A stretch of 64,000 nt of DNA from Octopus vulgaris (taxonomy: Eukaryota), in NCBI GenBank assembly GCA_951406725.2, contig OX597835.1, forward strand, positions 21,762,001 to 21,826,000, in the 5' to 3' direction. Positions 38,247 through 51,786 of this stretch are shown in pieces (position 1 is the stretch's first letter; each line of letters begins with the position of its first letter). A program made the position numbers and the translations under genes. The notes under the pieces are model-generated. The model was not told the DNA's origin and did no database searches. It saw nothing but the letters and a program-made list of their open reading frames with translations.

Positions 38247-39268
38247 TTGTGTGCCTGTGTTTGTCCCCCTAGCATTGCTTGACAACCGATGTTGGTGTGT
38301 TTACGTCCCCGTCACTTAGCGGTTCGGCAAAAGAGACCGATAGAATAAGTACTGGGCTTACAAAGAATAAGTCCCGGGGTCGATTTGCTCGACTAAAGGC
38401 GGTGCTCCAGCATGGCCGCAGTCAAATGACTGAAACAAGTAAAAGAGTAAAAGAGTATATACACATACGTTACGCCTATCACTTATACCTCTCACTTGTG
38501 CAACTACTGCCTTCATCTTTCAATTGCTTGGCTGTCAATGACACTAGGGAGAGAGGAAGCGGTGGATCTCTCTATCTCACAGCACCATACTTTCCAGCAT
38601 AACTAGAGATATCTCTGGGGCTTTCTGGCCTTCGCACCTCTCAAACATGCTACCCCCAACCACCACCTCTGATCCAGACCATCCTGGTTCTCTTGCCTGT
38701 TGCAAGGCGTATCTACCATAATTCCTCCTATTGTCCACCCTCCGTTGATATCTGTCATTCACTCCTGTCATTTAGCCACTTCTATTACCATCCATCACTC
38801 ACATCTATCTCTTCTTCTATCAATCACACTCATTCATCCTATTCACAGTTTCTACCATCACTCTCGCATCACCAACATCAACCCAAGCAAACAAATGATT
38901 TATAGAATGGTAAAAGAAAGCAGGATGGCAGACTCATTAGCACATCGGACAAAATGCTTAGAGACTAATTTCTTCCAGCCTTATGATCTGAGTTCAAAAT
39001 TGCACCCAGGTTGATTTAGTCTTTCACCCTTTCAGGGTTGACAAAATAAGTACCAGTCGAGTACTGGGGTATCGTCGATGTAATCAACTAGTGCCCTCCC
39101 TCAAAAATGCCTGGCCTTGTGAGTATTGTAGGAAGAATTTACAGAATGGTAGAGACTCTCATATTTTCAGGGTTTATGGTTGTTCCACAATGAATCTACT
39201 CAGACTGTGAATGAATATCGTATAAAGAAACTGTGGAGAAGCCCATTGTGTATGCATATATATATATA

Positions 39269-39333
<65 letters not shown>

Positions 39334-41229
39334 GCATACACATATATATATATATATTACTATTAGTAGCTCTTTAATACATATATTGTGACCTTTAAAC
39401 AATAATATTTATCTCTCGCCAAATGGAGTACTTTTTTTGTTGAATTTTCTATGACGGATTAGTACATTATATACATATATATATCGTCATCATCATCATC
39501 TTTTAACTTCCACTGTCCATACTGGCATGGGCTGGATGGCTTGACCAGGGCTGCGCCAGACTCCAGTCTAACTTGGCATAGTTTCTACAGTTAGGAAGAG
39601 CTTTCAGCCATAGAAACCACACCAAATCAGACTGGGGTCTAGTGCAGCCCCTCAGCTTACCAGCCCTGGTCAACCTGTCCAATCCATGCTAGCATGGACA
39701 AAAGACATTAAATGCTGATGATATATATATAATATATACACATACATATTATGTGTGTGTGTATTTGTGTTTGTCCCCCACCATCGCTTGACTATCAATG
39801 TTAGTTTGTTTACATTCCTGTAATTTACCAGTTTCGCAAAATGGGACCAAAAGAATAACAACTACCAGGCTTTAAAAAACAGAAAACACTGGGGTTGATT
39901 TGTTCGACAAAACTCTTTGAGGTGGTGCCACAACACGGCCACAGAACAATGACTGAGAAAAAATTTTTTTTAAATAAATTAAAAGTAACAACAAAGCAGA
40001 ACATTTAAGCTAGAAGACCTCAAAGTAAAGAGAAGAGACAAAAGTTACAGTTTGCAGAAAAGAAGACAGGACCCCATTGCCATCAAGAAAGTTTGAAAAG
40101 GTGCAGGGATGGCTGTGTGATAAGAAGCTTGCTTCTCAACCACATGGTTGCAGGTTCAGTCCCACTGCATGGCACCTTGGGCAAGTGTCTTCTACTATAG
40201 CCTCAGGTCGACAAAAGCTTTGCGACTGGATTTGGTAGATGGAAACTGAAAGAAACCCATCACAAAAGGTGATGGGGTGAACAGTTGTAGGGGTCAGAGG
40301 CGGGGGGGGGGGGGAGAGAAAAAATACAATTAGCAGATCAAGAGTTAGTTAATCCATATGTTGAGAATGAGATGAAATTAAGAAATATACCAGAGAGGGG
40401 GGAAGGCTTGTGGGCAAGACAAATTAGGCAAAGCATAACCAGCATCATAAATGTTGCTTAGTGCCCCCGATCAGCCCCTAATCTACTGACTGTCCCGATT
40501 TATATTTTTTTTAAGTATTATATGTACACCAGGCTACATTTTCTAATGTGTCATGGTCCTTTCTGTTTAAGGCGACTATGGCTTTTGAAATACCTGACTG
40601 CTATTTCTAGCATATCGAATGACCAAGTAGAGGCATTATTGATGGTTTACAGGAAAGGATGTATGAAAATTGTTTTGAAGCTGTTGACAGTGACATGTCC
40701 AGTCGAGTTTTATCAGTTGTGGTGTATCTAACCCTAAGTCAACCCTGATCCAGTACACGTGTAACCAAAGGCATCCCAGCCATGACCAACGCATCTTTTA
40801 TTTCAGATTTGTTTCGAGAACTGCATAACCCAATGTGTTCTTTGCTTTTGTTTTGTTTTAATGACGGCATAGTGTAACTTAATAGAGATTTGACTGCTAC
40901 TTCTCGTAGGTCAAGCGACCACGTAGAGGTTACATATATGCATGCGTGGCTTTGATCAGTATATGGGACTGAATGGTCATCGATAAACAAGCAGTGTGTG
41001 TTATTGTGGTTACTTAGTCCCAGGTCAACCCAGATCCAAACAGATCAACGAACGCCAACGATGACCATCCCGTTCAGTTTGTCCACATTTCTCCTATTTA
41101 AGACGAAAGCGTTTCAAGGAAGTAATCGGGAATGTCGTACGTTGGTCTGTGGCGTAAGAAAAGGGTGAAGTTCGAGGAGGGGTTTTGCTGCTATTTCTAG
41201 CAAATCAGACAAGTGAGCAAAAAGTGCCT

Positions 41230-41263
<34 letters not shown>

Positions 41264-42054
41264 ACATGTACATCAATGCTTTCCATGCACGGTAACTTCA
41301 AAAGAACTTCCCTCGTCATACAATCGCTTTCTCTTAGTGTCTTTCGCTCTCATTACTTCAAAAGTTCCCGCAAGCCCCATATGTAAAAAAAAAAAAGTTT
41401 TTTTACGGAAATCGACGGAAAGGTCTACTAGAGACGAAAGATTGCCATAATGGCTTGTAACTGAAGTGTGTCGTATGGGAACAAACATGTGAAAATCGTA
41501 AATACCATATATATATATATATGTGTACCCGTATAAGTCTATAATGGCGTGTGTGAGTACAAATGTATGTGTGGGCGTGTGTATTTATACCCATGTACAC
41601 GCTTGTGAGTGTTATAGCATGCCTTTCATCCTGTCGGGGTCGATAAATAAAGTACCAGTTTCGCACTGGGGTCGATGTAATCGATTTAATCCCTTTGTCT
41701 GTCCTTGTTTGTCCCTTCTATGTTTAACCTCTTGTGGGTAGTAAAGAAATATATATATAGTTACTCAAGTTACGTATAAATATGAGCGCGTGTTTTCAAC
41801 ATATAGAATGGTGCGTGTGGATTGTTTTAAGCTGGGTCAATCCCGATCCAGCTTTATTAATAACAAAGGGGTTGCAATCATGAGCGAGATGTCTTTTATG
41901 CAGACACATCTAGGGTTTATTAATCGAATATTTCCATGCCCCCTTTTTTACGGTGGAAGGGGATGCAATTTGAGGTAGATCGAGCTCTTGTTTGTAACAA
42001 GAGAACGAGCGTATGTAACCAAGCAAACTATAAAGTGTGCATTATATATCTTAT

Positions 42055-42098
<44 letters not shown>

Positions 42099-42122
42099 TA
42101 TAGCTGAAACTAGAATCAATCA

Positions 42123-42183
<61 letters not shown>

Positions 42184-42584
42184 TCAAATTTAGGCAGGAG
42201 GCTAACAATTCTAGGGGAGGGTCAAGTCGATTACATCGACTCCAGTGCATGTCTGGTACGGTACTTTGTTTTATCGACCCCCTGACGGGATGAAAATCTA
42301 AATCGACCTCGGCGGAATTCGAACTCGGAACGTTATGAGTGTTGTGTGTGTGTATGTGTGTGTGTGTGTGTGTGTGTGAGAGAGGGAGAGAGTGTGTGTG
42401 TGTGTGTGTGGGCGGAAGAGAGTTAGTCTTTTGCCGAAACGGTAAGTTTTTCACTAAAACTCAAAAAAAGGCAAAGTCTGTAAATAGAGAAATTATATAT
42501 AGAAAATACAAAAATCCACACCAAAAAAAAAAAGAAAATTGATACTAATTCTAACAGCAATATAGAGGTATTCCATAGACAAAA

Positions 42585-42643
<59 letters not shown>

Positions 42644-42771
42644 GAAAGCAACATTAAACACAGGACGAATATAAACGAAGGCACAAAAATAAGGAATATT
42701 CCTGTAGACTTTGTGTTACCGAATCCGAAAAGACACCGGTCACCAAATTAGGATTCAAAAGAGATCTCAGC

Positions 42772-42802
<31 letters not shown>

Positions 42803-42813
42803 ATATACATATG

Positions 42814-42844
<31 letters not shown>

Positions 42845-42970
42845 TCAATCATACACTTATTTGTATATGTATATATATATATATATATATGTGTGGGTGG
42901 GTGTGTATATTTTTAGTTTGATAGATAGATAGATAGATAGATATATATACATAAATATTGTTATATACAC

Positions 42971-43095
42971 CTCTTCTCTGTGATATTGTTTATATTCCAA
43001 GAGTCCGGGAAAAGAGCGAGGCACGCATGCGCAATCCGACGAGACGGTGATCGCTGAGTGTAGTACGCATGCTCCACTCCTGGAGGAAGTTGTTA
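42971..43095 (-). promoter_or_regulatory. Candidate Dr1 promoter and short first non-coding exon
   Basis: Small CpG-rich patch with NRF1-like TGCGCATGCGTG (43022-43033), a second GCATGCGT and ETS-like GGAAGT. On the - strand a pyrimidine start CTCTTTTCCC is followed ~45 nt later by an AG|gtgtat donor at 42971. Confidence 0.45.
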
Positions 43096-43474
43096 TGGAA
43101 GTTACACACACAACCACACATACACTCTCTCTCTCTCTCTCTCTCTTTCTCTATCTCTTTCTCTATCTCTTTCTCTCTCTTTCTCTATCTCTATCTCTTT
43201 CTTTCTTTATCTATCTCTCTCTTTCTCTATCTCTATCTCTTTCTTTCTCTATCTATCTCTCTCTTTCTCTATCTCTCTCTTTCCCTCTCTCTCTCTCTCT
43301 TTCTCTATCTCTCTCTCTTTCCCTCTCCCTCTCTCTCTCTCAGTATGTGTATATGTATATAGATATGTGTGTGTGTGTATGTGTATATATATATATATAT
43401 CATTATATATATATATATATATATATTTTGGGTTTGGTTTGCAAGATTCTTTATATGAGTTCGTGTGTTGAAGC

Positions 43475-43669
43475 ATATTCTGTTGTGTCTGGGGAGAGTA
43501 ATTTCCTTTTTGTGTCTTATAATGTATCACACTCACCAGTAAAATTTCCACTTTTTAAAAATTTTTTATTTCCCTAAGAAAATAAGAAATAAGTGGAAAT
43601 TTTACCGGTGAGTGTGTTACATTATAAGACACAAAAAGAAATTGACTCTCCCCAGACACAACAGAATAT
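43475..43669. repeat. ~80-bp inverted repeat within a (TA)n-embedded element
   Basis: 43475-43553 is mirrored by 43591-43669. Related copy at 59313-59485 and a fragment near 57930. Confidence 0.85.
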
Positions 43670-43883
43670 TTATATATATATATCTTTTTATCAATTGATT
43701 GACATTATCTGACAAAAGCTGTTGTCAGCTTATAATCTTTGCCCAACGGGAGTCGCTAGAAATTACACTCCACTATCTTTTAAAAGTGAAACATATTGAA
43801 TACGTTCCTGGAATTTAAAAAAGAAATTTTTTTTAACATCCTGATGGGTCGGTCATATCCGGAATATGTTTGGGTAACCATAG

Positions 43884-44302
43884 GGATCTTTTCGGTTTGA
43901 ACGGCAGTTTTTTAAAACAATTTCCACGTAACTAAACACTTTTAAACTTCGTATACTGGTAGAATGTGTTTATAAAACATCTTTTTCTCTTGGCTTTATC
44001 GAGAAAATTCTATACTTTGTAAGATATTTGTTTGTTTTTTTTTCTTCAATTTCTGCAATTTCAACCAATCAATGACGTCTATTGAGGTGAAAACCTTCTG
44101 TGCCGTATGAATATGTCCCTCGTTTAAGAAACAGATTGGGTTTATTTACATTTCTGAAGAAAAAAAGATACCCTTCCCCCCGCCCCTAACCCTAACCCTA
44201 AAACAGATTGAAATGCAATAGATCGATACTAGGGTCATAATTATGGGTGACAATTTCATATGACACCGCTAGAAAAAACTGCCATTCAAACCGAAAAGAT
44301 CC
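43884..44302. mobile_element. MITE with ~29-bp TIRs and internal (CCCTAA)3
   Basis: GGATCTTTTCGGTTTGAACGGCAGTTTTT ... AAAAACTGCCATTCAAACCGAAAAGATCC. No clear TSD; superfamily unassigned. Confidence 0.8.
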
Positions 44303-47300
44303 AAACAGATCTACTTTTGCATTTTGTTCCAAGAATGGATTTGTGGTTCCAACAATTGTTTTTTGGTGGGGTGGGGTGGAATTACACAGTGAGAGAGTGG
44401 TACCTCAACATCATCATCATCGTTTAACGTCCGTTTTCCGCGCTAGCACGGGTTGGACGGTTCGACCAGGGTCTGGGAAGCCAGGGGCTGCACCAGGCTC
44501 CAGTCTGATCTGGCAGTGTTTCTACAGCTGGATGCCCTTCCTAACGCCAACCACTCCGAGAGTGTAGTGGGTGCTTTTTACGTGCCACCTGCACAGGTGC
44601 CAGGGGAGGCTGGCAACGGCCACGATCGGTTGGTGCTTTTAACGTTCCACAGGAACAATTGTTCCGCATCATTTCGTTCAGTCATTAGGTTGGAATTTTA
44701 GTGTAACAGTCAGACAAGCTTAGTGTATCACCGCATGATGGTACAGTCCAGCTAACTGGGCACAGGTACCATTTTGATATACAAGCCACGTCGCAAGTAG
44801 TCGGACGAAATGCTTAGCGGTATTTCGTCTGCCGTTACGTTGTGAGTTCAAATTCCGCCGAGGTCGACTTTACCTTTCATCCTTTCGGGGTCGATAAATT
44901 AAGTACCAGTTATGCACTGGGGTCGATGTAATCGACTTAATACCTATGTCTGTCCTTGTTTGTTCCCTCTGTGTTTAGCCCCTTGTGGGTAATAAAGAAA
45001 TAGGTATTTCGTCTGCCGTTACGTTGTGAGTTCAAATTCCGCCAAGGTCGACTTTACCTTTCATCCTTTCGGGGTCGATAAATTAAGTACCAGTTATGCA
45101 CTGGGGTCGATGTAATCGACTTAATACCTATGTCTGTCCTTGTTAGTCCCCTCTATGTTTAGCCCCTTGTGGGTAATAAAGAAATAAGTATATAGGTTAT
45201 CAGAGTGAGACACAGTCCACCTGGCTGTATGTAGGTACCACAGTGAAGTACGGTTCAACTAGCAGTATTTGAGTACCAGACTGGAGTAGATTGTAGCAGT
45301 AATTCGAAACTGAATCCCTGGATAGGCAGTCAGACATCATGAGTAACACCATAGTTTCATACGATTGCTTCATTAACCAACTAATTAGTGAGGAGTGATG
45401 GCATGGACAGATTTTCTCGATCAATTTAGAATTTGAATTCCAGTCCCCTCTAAAAATCGTTTGGCATGCATTTTTACTAGCCAGATCAATCGAATTGAAC
45501 CAGCCAGAATCCCTGGTCTGGTGGTACGTAAAAAGCACTATCCGACTCGTGGCCGATGCCAGCGCCGCCTCGACTGGCTTCCGTGCCGGTGGCACATAAA
45601 ATACACCAATCCGACCGTGGCCGTTGCCAGCCTCGCCTGGCACCTGTGCAGGTGGCACGTAAAAAGCACCCACTACACTCACGGAGTGGTTGGCGTTAGG
45701 AAGGGCATCCAGCTGTAGAAACATTGCCAGATAAGACTGGAGCCTGGTGCAGCCTTCTGGCTTCCCAGATCCCCGGTCGAACCGTCCAACCCATGCTAGC
45801 ATGGAGAACGGACGTTAAACGATGATGATGATGATGATGATTGTTGTTGTTGTTTGTTCCTTCTCGAGCCATGCTTGGCTCATAGGGGCCGGTTTCCTGG
45901 TTTCTTGGCATATACGATCCCCACCTGGACGGGACACCGGTACGTCACAGATGAGCTGCAAGGTGCAGGAGGAAAGAGTGAGAGAAAGTTATGGCGAAAG
46001 AGTCAGCAGAAGTTCGCCATTACCTTCTGCTGGAGCCGCGTGGAGCTTAGGTGTTTCGCTCATAAACACACACATCGCCCGGTCTGAGATTAGAACCGGT
46101 GATCCCTCGACCGCGAGTCCGCTGCTCTAACCACTAGACCATGTGCCTCCACACTTACTAGCCAGATGACCCAGGAAAACAGCTATGATAAATGATGCAG
46201 ATGGATAACAGGAACTTCCATCACCACAGATATATACCTATTTCTTTACTACCCACAAGGGGCTAAACACAGAGGGGACAAACAAGGACAGACAAATGGA
46301 TCAAGTCGATTACATCGACCCCAGTGCATGACTGGTGCTTAATTTATCGACCCCAAAAGGATGAAAGGCAAAGTCGACCTCGGCGGAATTTGAACTCAGA
46401 ACGTAGCAGCAGACGAAATACCGCGAAGCATTTCAGCCAGCATGCTAACGATTCTACCAGCTTGCCGCCTTACCAATAGTCCCCAGTTATGTTAGGCAAG
46501 TCGCATGTTGTCGTATCAGTAGCTTGCCTTAAACTTTAAGCAGTATTTCTCTCTAAGTTTGTAATCATTGCTGTTGTTATTAGTAAAAGGCCAACTCACT
46601 TTGTCTTTATGTGCAATAATAAAACCTCATGTTACATGTTCATGGGTGTTGTTTGGTTAATTCTCTATGCAGCCCAAGAAACATTTACAGTCACCACCAC
46701 TGACCAGCCCCTAGAGACTGCAACAAGATTATATCAGAGAGAGGAATGACCCACCAAGTTTTATATAGGTAAAAGGATAAAGACCCCCTTCGGTCATCAA
46801 TGACCATGGGATTGCACCTAGAAAGTCCCCCTCCAAGGCACAAGTCCAAGCAAGGTTGTTTATGAAAGATCAGCAGTCGCCCATGCATGCCAGCCTCTCC
46901 TGTCCATGCCATTCATGTTATCCAAGGGAAAGGCAAAGGAACTGATACAGCAACTCATTTCCACAGATGAGTGAACTGGAGCAAGGTGAAATAAAGTGTC
47001 TTGCTCAAGAACACAACACACAGCCCAGTCCAGGAATCAAACTTACTACCTCATGATTTTGCGTTGCTGTTATGTTCTGAGTTCAAACTCCGCCAAGGTC
47101 GACCTTGCCTTTCATCCTCTCAGGGTCAATTAAATAAGTACCAGTTACACACTGGGGTCGGTGTAATCGACTGCACCTGTTTGTCCTCTCTGTGTTTAGC
47201 CCCTTGTGGGTAGTAAAGAAATAGATATTTTGCGTTGCTGTTATGTTCTGAGTTCAAACTCCGCCAAGGTCGACTTTGCCTTTCATCCTATTGGGGTCAA

Positions 47301-48023
47301 TTAAATAAGTACCAGTTACACACTGGGGTCCATGTAATCAACTTAATCCCTTTGTCTGTCCTTGTTTGTCCCCTCTATGTTTAGCCTCCTCCCTACCTGT
47401 GGGCAATAGGGTAATAAAGAAATAAATATCTGTAGCGTAATATATGACTTTCTAATTAAGGACAAATTAGTCACCAATTGAGTAATTAATTAGCTTAGAT
47501 AAAATACTGACAAATGAGCAGAAAGATAAGTATAGGTAGGTACCACAGTGAAGTACATTCCATCTAGTTGTACACAAGTACCGGAGTATAATTCCATCTA
47601 GCTGTAAGTAGGTACCACCATGGAGCCAGATCCTCTTTGCTATAAGTGTGTTTTAGATAAATGTCCATATCAGGCTGTGTGGGTAAGAAGCTTGCTTTCT
47701 ATCTGCATGTATCAGGGTTCAGTTCTGCTGCATGGCACTTTGGGCAACTATCTTCTGCTATAGCTCTTTTCTGATCAAAGCCTTGTAAGTGGATTTAGTG
47801 GATGGAAACTGAAAGAAGCCCATTGTATATATGTTCTATTCTTCTACTTGTTTCCATCATTTGACTCTGGCCATGCAGGAGCATCGTCTTTAGTTGAACA
47901 AATCAACATCAGGACTTATTCTTTGTAAGCCTAGTATTTATTCTATCGAACCGCTAAGTTACAGAGATGTAAACACACCAACATCGGTTGTCAAGTGATG
48001 GTGGGGGACAAACACAGATATGC

Positions 48024-48071
<48 letters not shown>

Positions 48072-48103
48072 TTTATTTAAAGCAGCAGAAAATTCAACAA
48101 AAC

Positions 48104-48141
48104 CTGTTACTCTGAGTTTCACGTTGCCGTTCGTCGGACAG
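48104..48141 (-). ncRNA. Minimal type-I hammerhead motif (U4C core, GCAA-capped stem II)
   Basis: Reverse strand: CTGT-CCGACGA-ACG(GCAA)CGT-GAAA-CTCAGAG-TA-ACAG. All three stems pair. Sits in an element flanked by (TA)n. Confidence 0.7.
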
Positions 48142-49583
48142 TTTTTGCTAGAATAGAACTGATACGTCAATTACTCTACCACATATTACTCTACCACTGG
48201 TATTTGAGTACTCTTTTTTTCCACCTTGTTTCACATTTATGTGTTTACTCCGGTATATATATATATACGATGGGCTTCTTTCAATTCCTGTCTACCAAAT
48301 CCACTCAAAAGGCTTTGGTCAGCCCAAGGCTATAGTAGAAGACACTTGTCCCAAGGTACCACACAGTGGGACTGAACCCAGAACAATGCGGTTGGGAAGT
48401 AAGCTTCTTACCACAAAGCCATGCCTATTTATGTGTGTGTCTTTGTGTCTGTGTTTGTTCTCCCCACCCACCGCCGACCAATAGAATAAGTATTAGGCTT
48501 ACAAAGAATAAGTCCTGGGGTCGATTCCTTCGACTAAAACCCTTCAGGGTAGTGCTCGAGCATGGCTGCAGTCAAATGACTGAAACAAGTAAAATAAAAA
48601 AAAAGAATAGGATAATGAAAATTTTTTGGTTCTTATTTACATTATTTAAGCAGAGTAAAATAAATTATCTTTCTACTCATTTGTCAGTATTTTATCTAAG
48701 CTAATTAATAACTCAGTCGGTGACTAATTTGTCCTTAATTAGAAAGTCATATATTACACTACAGATATTTATTTCTTTATTACCCTATTGCCCACAGGAG
48801 GGGAGGAGGCTAAACTTAGAGGGGACAAACAAGGACAGACAAAGGGATTAAGTTGATTACACCGACCCCAGTGTGTAACTGGTACTTATTTAATTGACCC
48901 CCGAGAGGATGAAAGACAAGGTCGACCTTGGTGGAATTTGAACTCAGAACATAACAGCAATGCAAAATACCTATTTCTTTACTACCCACAAGGGGCTAAA
49001 CACAGAGAGGACAAACAAGGACAGACAAACAGATGAAGTCAATTATATCGACCCCAGTGTGTAACTGGTACTTATTTTATCGACCTCCAAGAGGATGAAA
49101 GGCAAAGTCGACCTCGGCGGAATTTGAACTCAGAATGTAACGGCAGATGAAATACCGCTAAGTATTTCACCCAGCGTGCTAACGACTCTGCCAGTTCACC
49201 ACCCCACAGATATTGACCAACTTTGCCCAGTCTGTGTCTCCATGTGTTTTTTTTTTTTTTTACCTTTCTTCTGTCAGTTTCAGACATTAGACAATGACCA
49301 TTCTGGGGCAGTGCCTCGAAGAATTTTTACTCCAACAAATCAAACCCAGTATTTCATTGTATATTTTTCTTCCCGTTTGTTTGTTTTAAGCCTGATATTT
49401 ATTTTGTTACTGGGAAATAAACAAACCAACACCGGTTATCAAGCGGTGGTGGCAGGGGATAAACACAGACACAATCATATGCACACACACACATACATGC
49501 ACATGCTCACACACGCACACACGCACCACCAGCAAAAATATTTTTTCCTTTGTCTTCCCTTCTTGGGATCTTTCCTTCTCCTT

Positions 49584-49618
49584 GTTTCCGACGAAGAGCT
49601 CCGCTCGAAACGTTAAAC
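49584..49618 (+). ncRNA. Minimal hammerhead motif (U4C core, extra A)
   Basis: GTTT-CCGACGA-A-GAGC(TCC)GCTC-GAAA-C-GTT-AAAC. Stem I GUUU/AAAC is intact. Confidence 0.65.
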
Positions 49619-49911
49619 CCTCCTTCCCTTCTTTCCTGAGCGTCAAATAATACTTTAATTGTTCCATGTCCTCGCGTTGCTGTTTTTTTCTGTGTTTTCT
49701 TGTTTGGATTAACTATATATATATATATACGCAAAGGGCTTCATTCAGTTTCTATTTACCAGATCCATTCACAAGGCTTTGGTCAGCCTGGGGCTATACC
49801 AGAAGACATCTGTGCTTGATGCAACACAGTGGGACTGAACCCAGGACCTTGTGGTTGAGAGGCAAACTTCTTCCAACATAGTCATACCTGCACCTATAGC
49901 TCACCTAAATT

Positions 49912-50420
49912 TCATACATGCATATATGCATACATATATACATGCACACATACATACATACACACAAATACACACATGCATACATATATACATACACACA
50001 TATATACACATATAAACATGCATACATGCATATACACACACATATATACATACATACATACACACACATGCACACTTACATACATGCATATATACATACA
50101 CACACATACACACATATATACATACACACATACATATATACACATATAAACATGCATACATATATACACACACACATATATACATCCATACACACACATG
50201 TATACATACATACATACACAAATACATACATACATTCATACACATACACACATGCATACATATATATATACATACATACATGCATATACATACATACATA
50301 CATACATACATACATACATACATACATACATACATACATACATACATACATACATACACACTTACATTTATACACACACACACATACTAAGAGAGAGAGA
50401 GACAGACAGACAGACAGAAA
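49912..50420. repeat. Compound (CATA)/(CA)/(TA) microsatellite
   Basis: Directly visible; source of several spurious ORFs. Confidence 0.95.
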
Positions 50421-51786
50421 GAGAATAAGCAAAAAAATACTTTAGCCAAGTCGTTTAACCCCAGGTCAGCCCCGAACCAGCAGAGGCATTCCAGTCCTGA
50501 TAATTCCATGTTTATTTAAGCAAAAACTAACGTCATCTAAAACTACACTAAACAATGTCCTCATCATTTTTCTAAGAACTCCTAAGTGATTTTGATGCTC
50601 TTTCTAGGCCAAATGACCACATAAAAGCTATTTTCTTTTCAATTTGTGTTCAAATAAATATAGAAATGCATTTACTTCCCACTCGTGGTGTTCATGATGG
50701 AGTTTAATAAACAGTTTTTACACGCAAAGACTATCTAAGGTTACATTAACCAATGTGTTCATCATTCTTCTTAAGGTTGTAAGATCTGAATTTGTAGTAG
50801 ATTTGGTTGCTATTTCTAGCAGTTCAAGCGACTACATAAAAGCTACATCTATTTTATTCAAATGTTAACCTACTTTCCACTTGTGATGGAGGTGGTGCTG
50901 GTGGTTTTTACTCGCCAATTCCTACAGGCAAAGAACGTCTAAGACAGCATTAACCATGTGGGGTCCGGGGACGGCAAACGGAAGGGCCCGGCCCGGGCGG
51001 CACACACTCTAGCTACGCCAGTGTTCACAGCCTGAAATCTTAAGAAAATAGGCGAGCACATTGGTTAATGTTGTCTTAGATGTTCTTTGCCTGTAGGAAT
51101 TGGTGACTAAAGATCACCGCCGCCGCCACCACAATTAGTAAGTAAATATATAAGACAGCGTGGAGGCACAATGGCCCAGTGGTTAGGGCAGCGAACTCGC
51201 GGTCATAGGATCGCGGTTTCGATTCCCAGACCGGGCGTTGTGAGTGTTTATTGAGCGAAAACACCTAAAGCTCCACGAGGCTCCGGCAGGGGATGGTGGT
51301 GATCCCTGCTGTACTCTTTCACCACGACTTTCTCTCACTCTTACTTCCTGTTCCTGTTGTACCTGTATTTCAAAGGGCCGGCCTTGTCACTCTCTGTGTC
51401 ACGCTGAATATCCCCGAGAACTACGTTAAGGGTACACGTGTCTGTGGAGTGCTCAGCCACTTACACGTTAATTTCACGAGCAGGCTGTTCCGTTGATTCG
51501 GTTCAACCGGAACCCTCGTCGTCGTAACCGACGGAGTGCTTCCATCCATATAAGACAGCATTAACCAATCTGCTCGCCCATTTTCCTAAGATGGCAGGTA
51601 TTGAATTTGTGTCTAATTTTGTTGCTATTTCTAACAGTTCAAGCGACTACGTACAAGCTTTTTCCTTGTCGACTTGTGTTCTAATAAATATTTACTTACT
51701 AATTGTGGTGGAGAAAGGCAGTGGTCTTTGGTCTTCAGTCACCAATTCTACAGGCAAAGAACGTCTAAGACAACGTTAACCAATGT

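Noticed and set aside
41273-41488. 71-aa ORF with a basic stretch as a possible upstream Dr1 exon
   Set aside because: No recognisable homology or clean splice sites, and the Dr1 CDS is already complete from 35803.
45240-45480. Possible LINE endonuclease remnant (IFRGDWN)
   Set aside because: Only one short motif matches; too weak to annotate.
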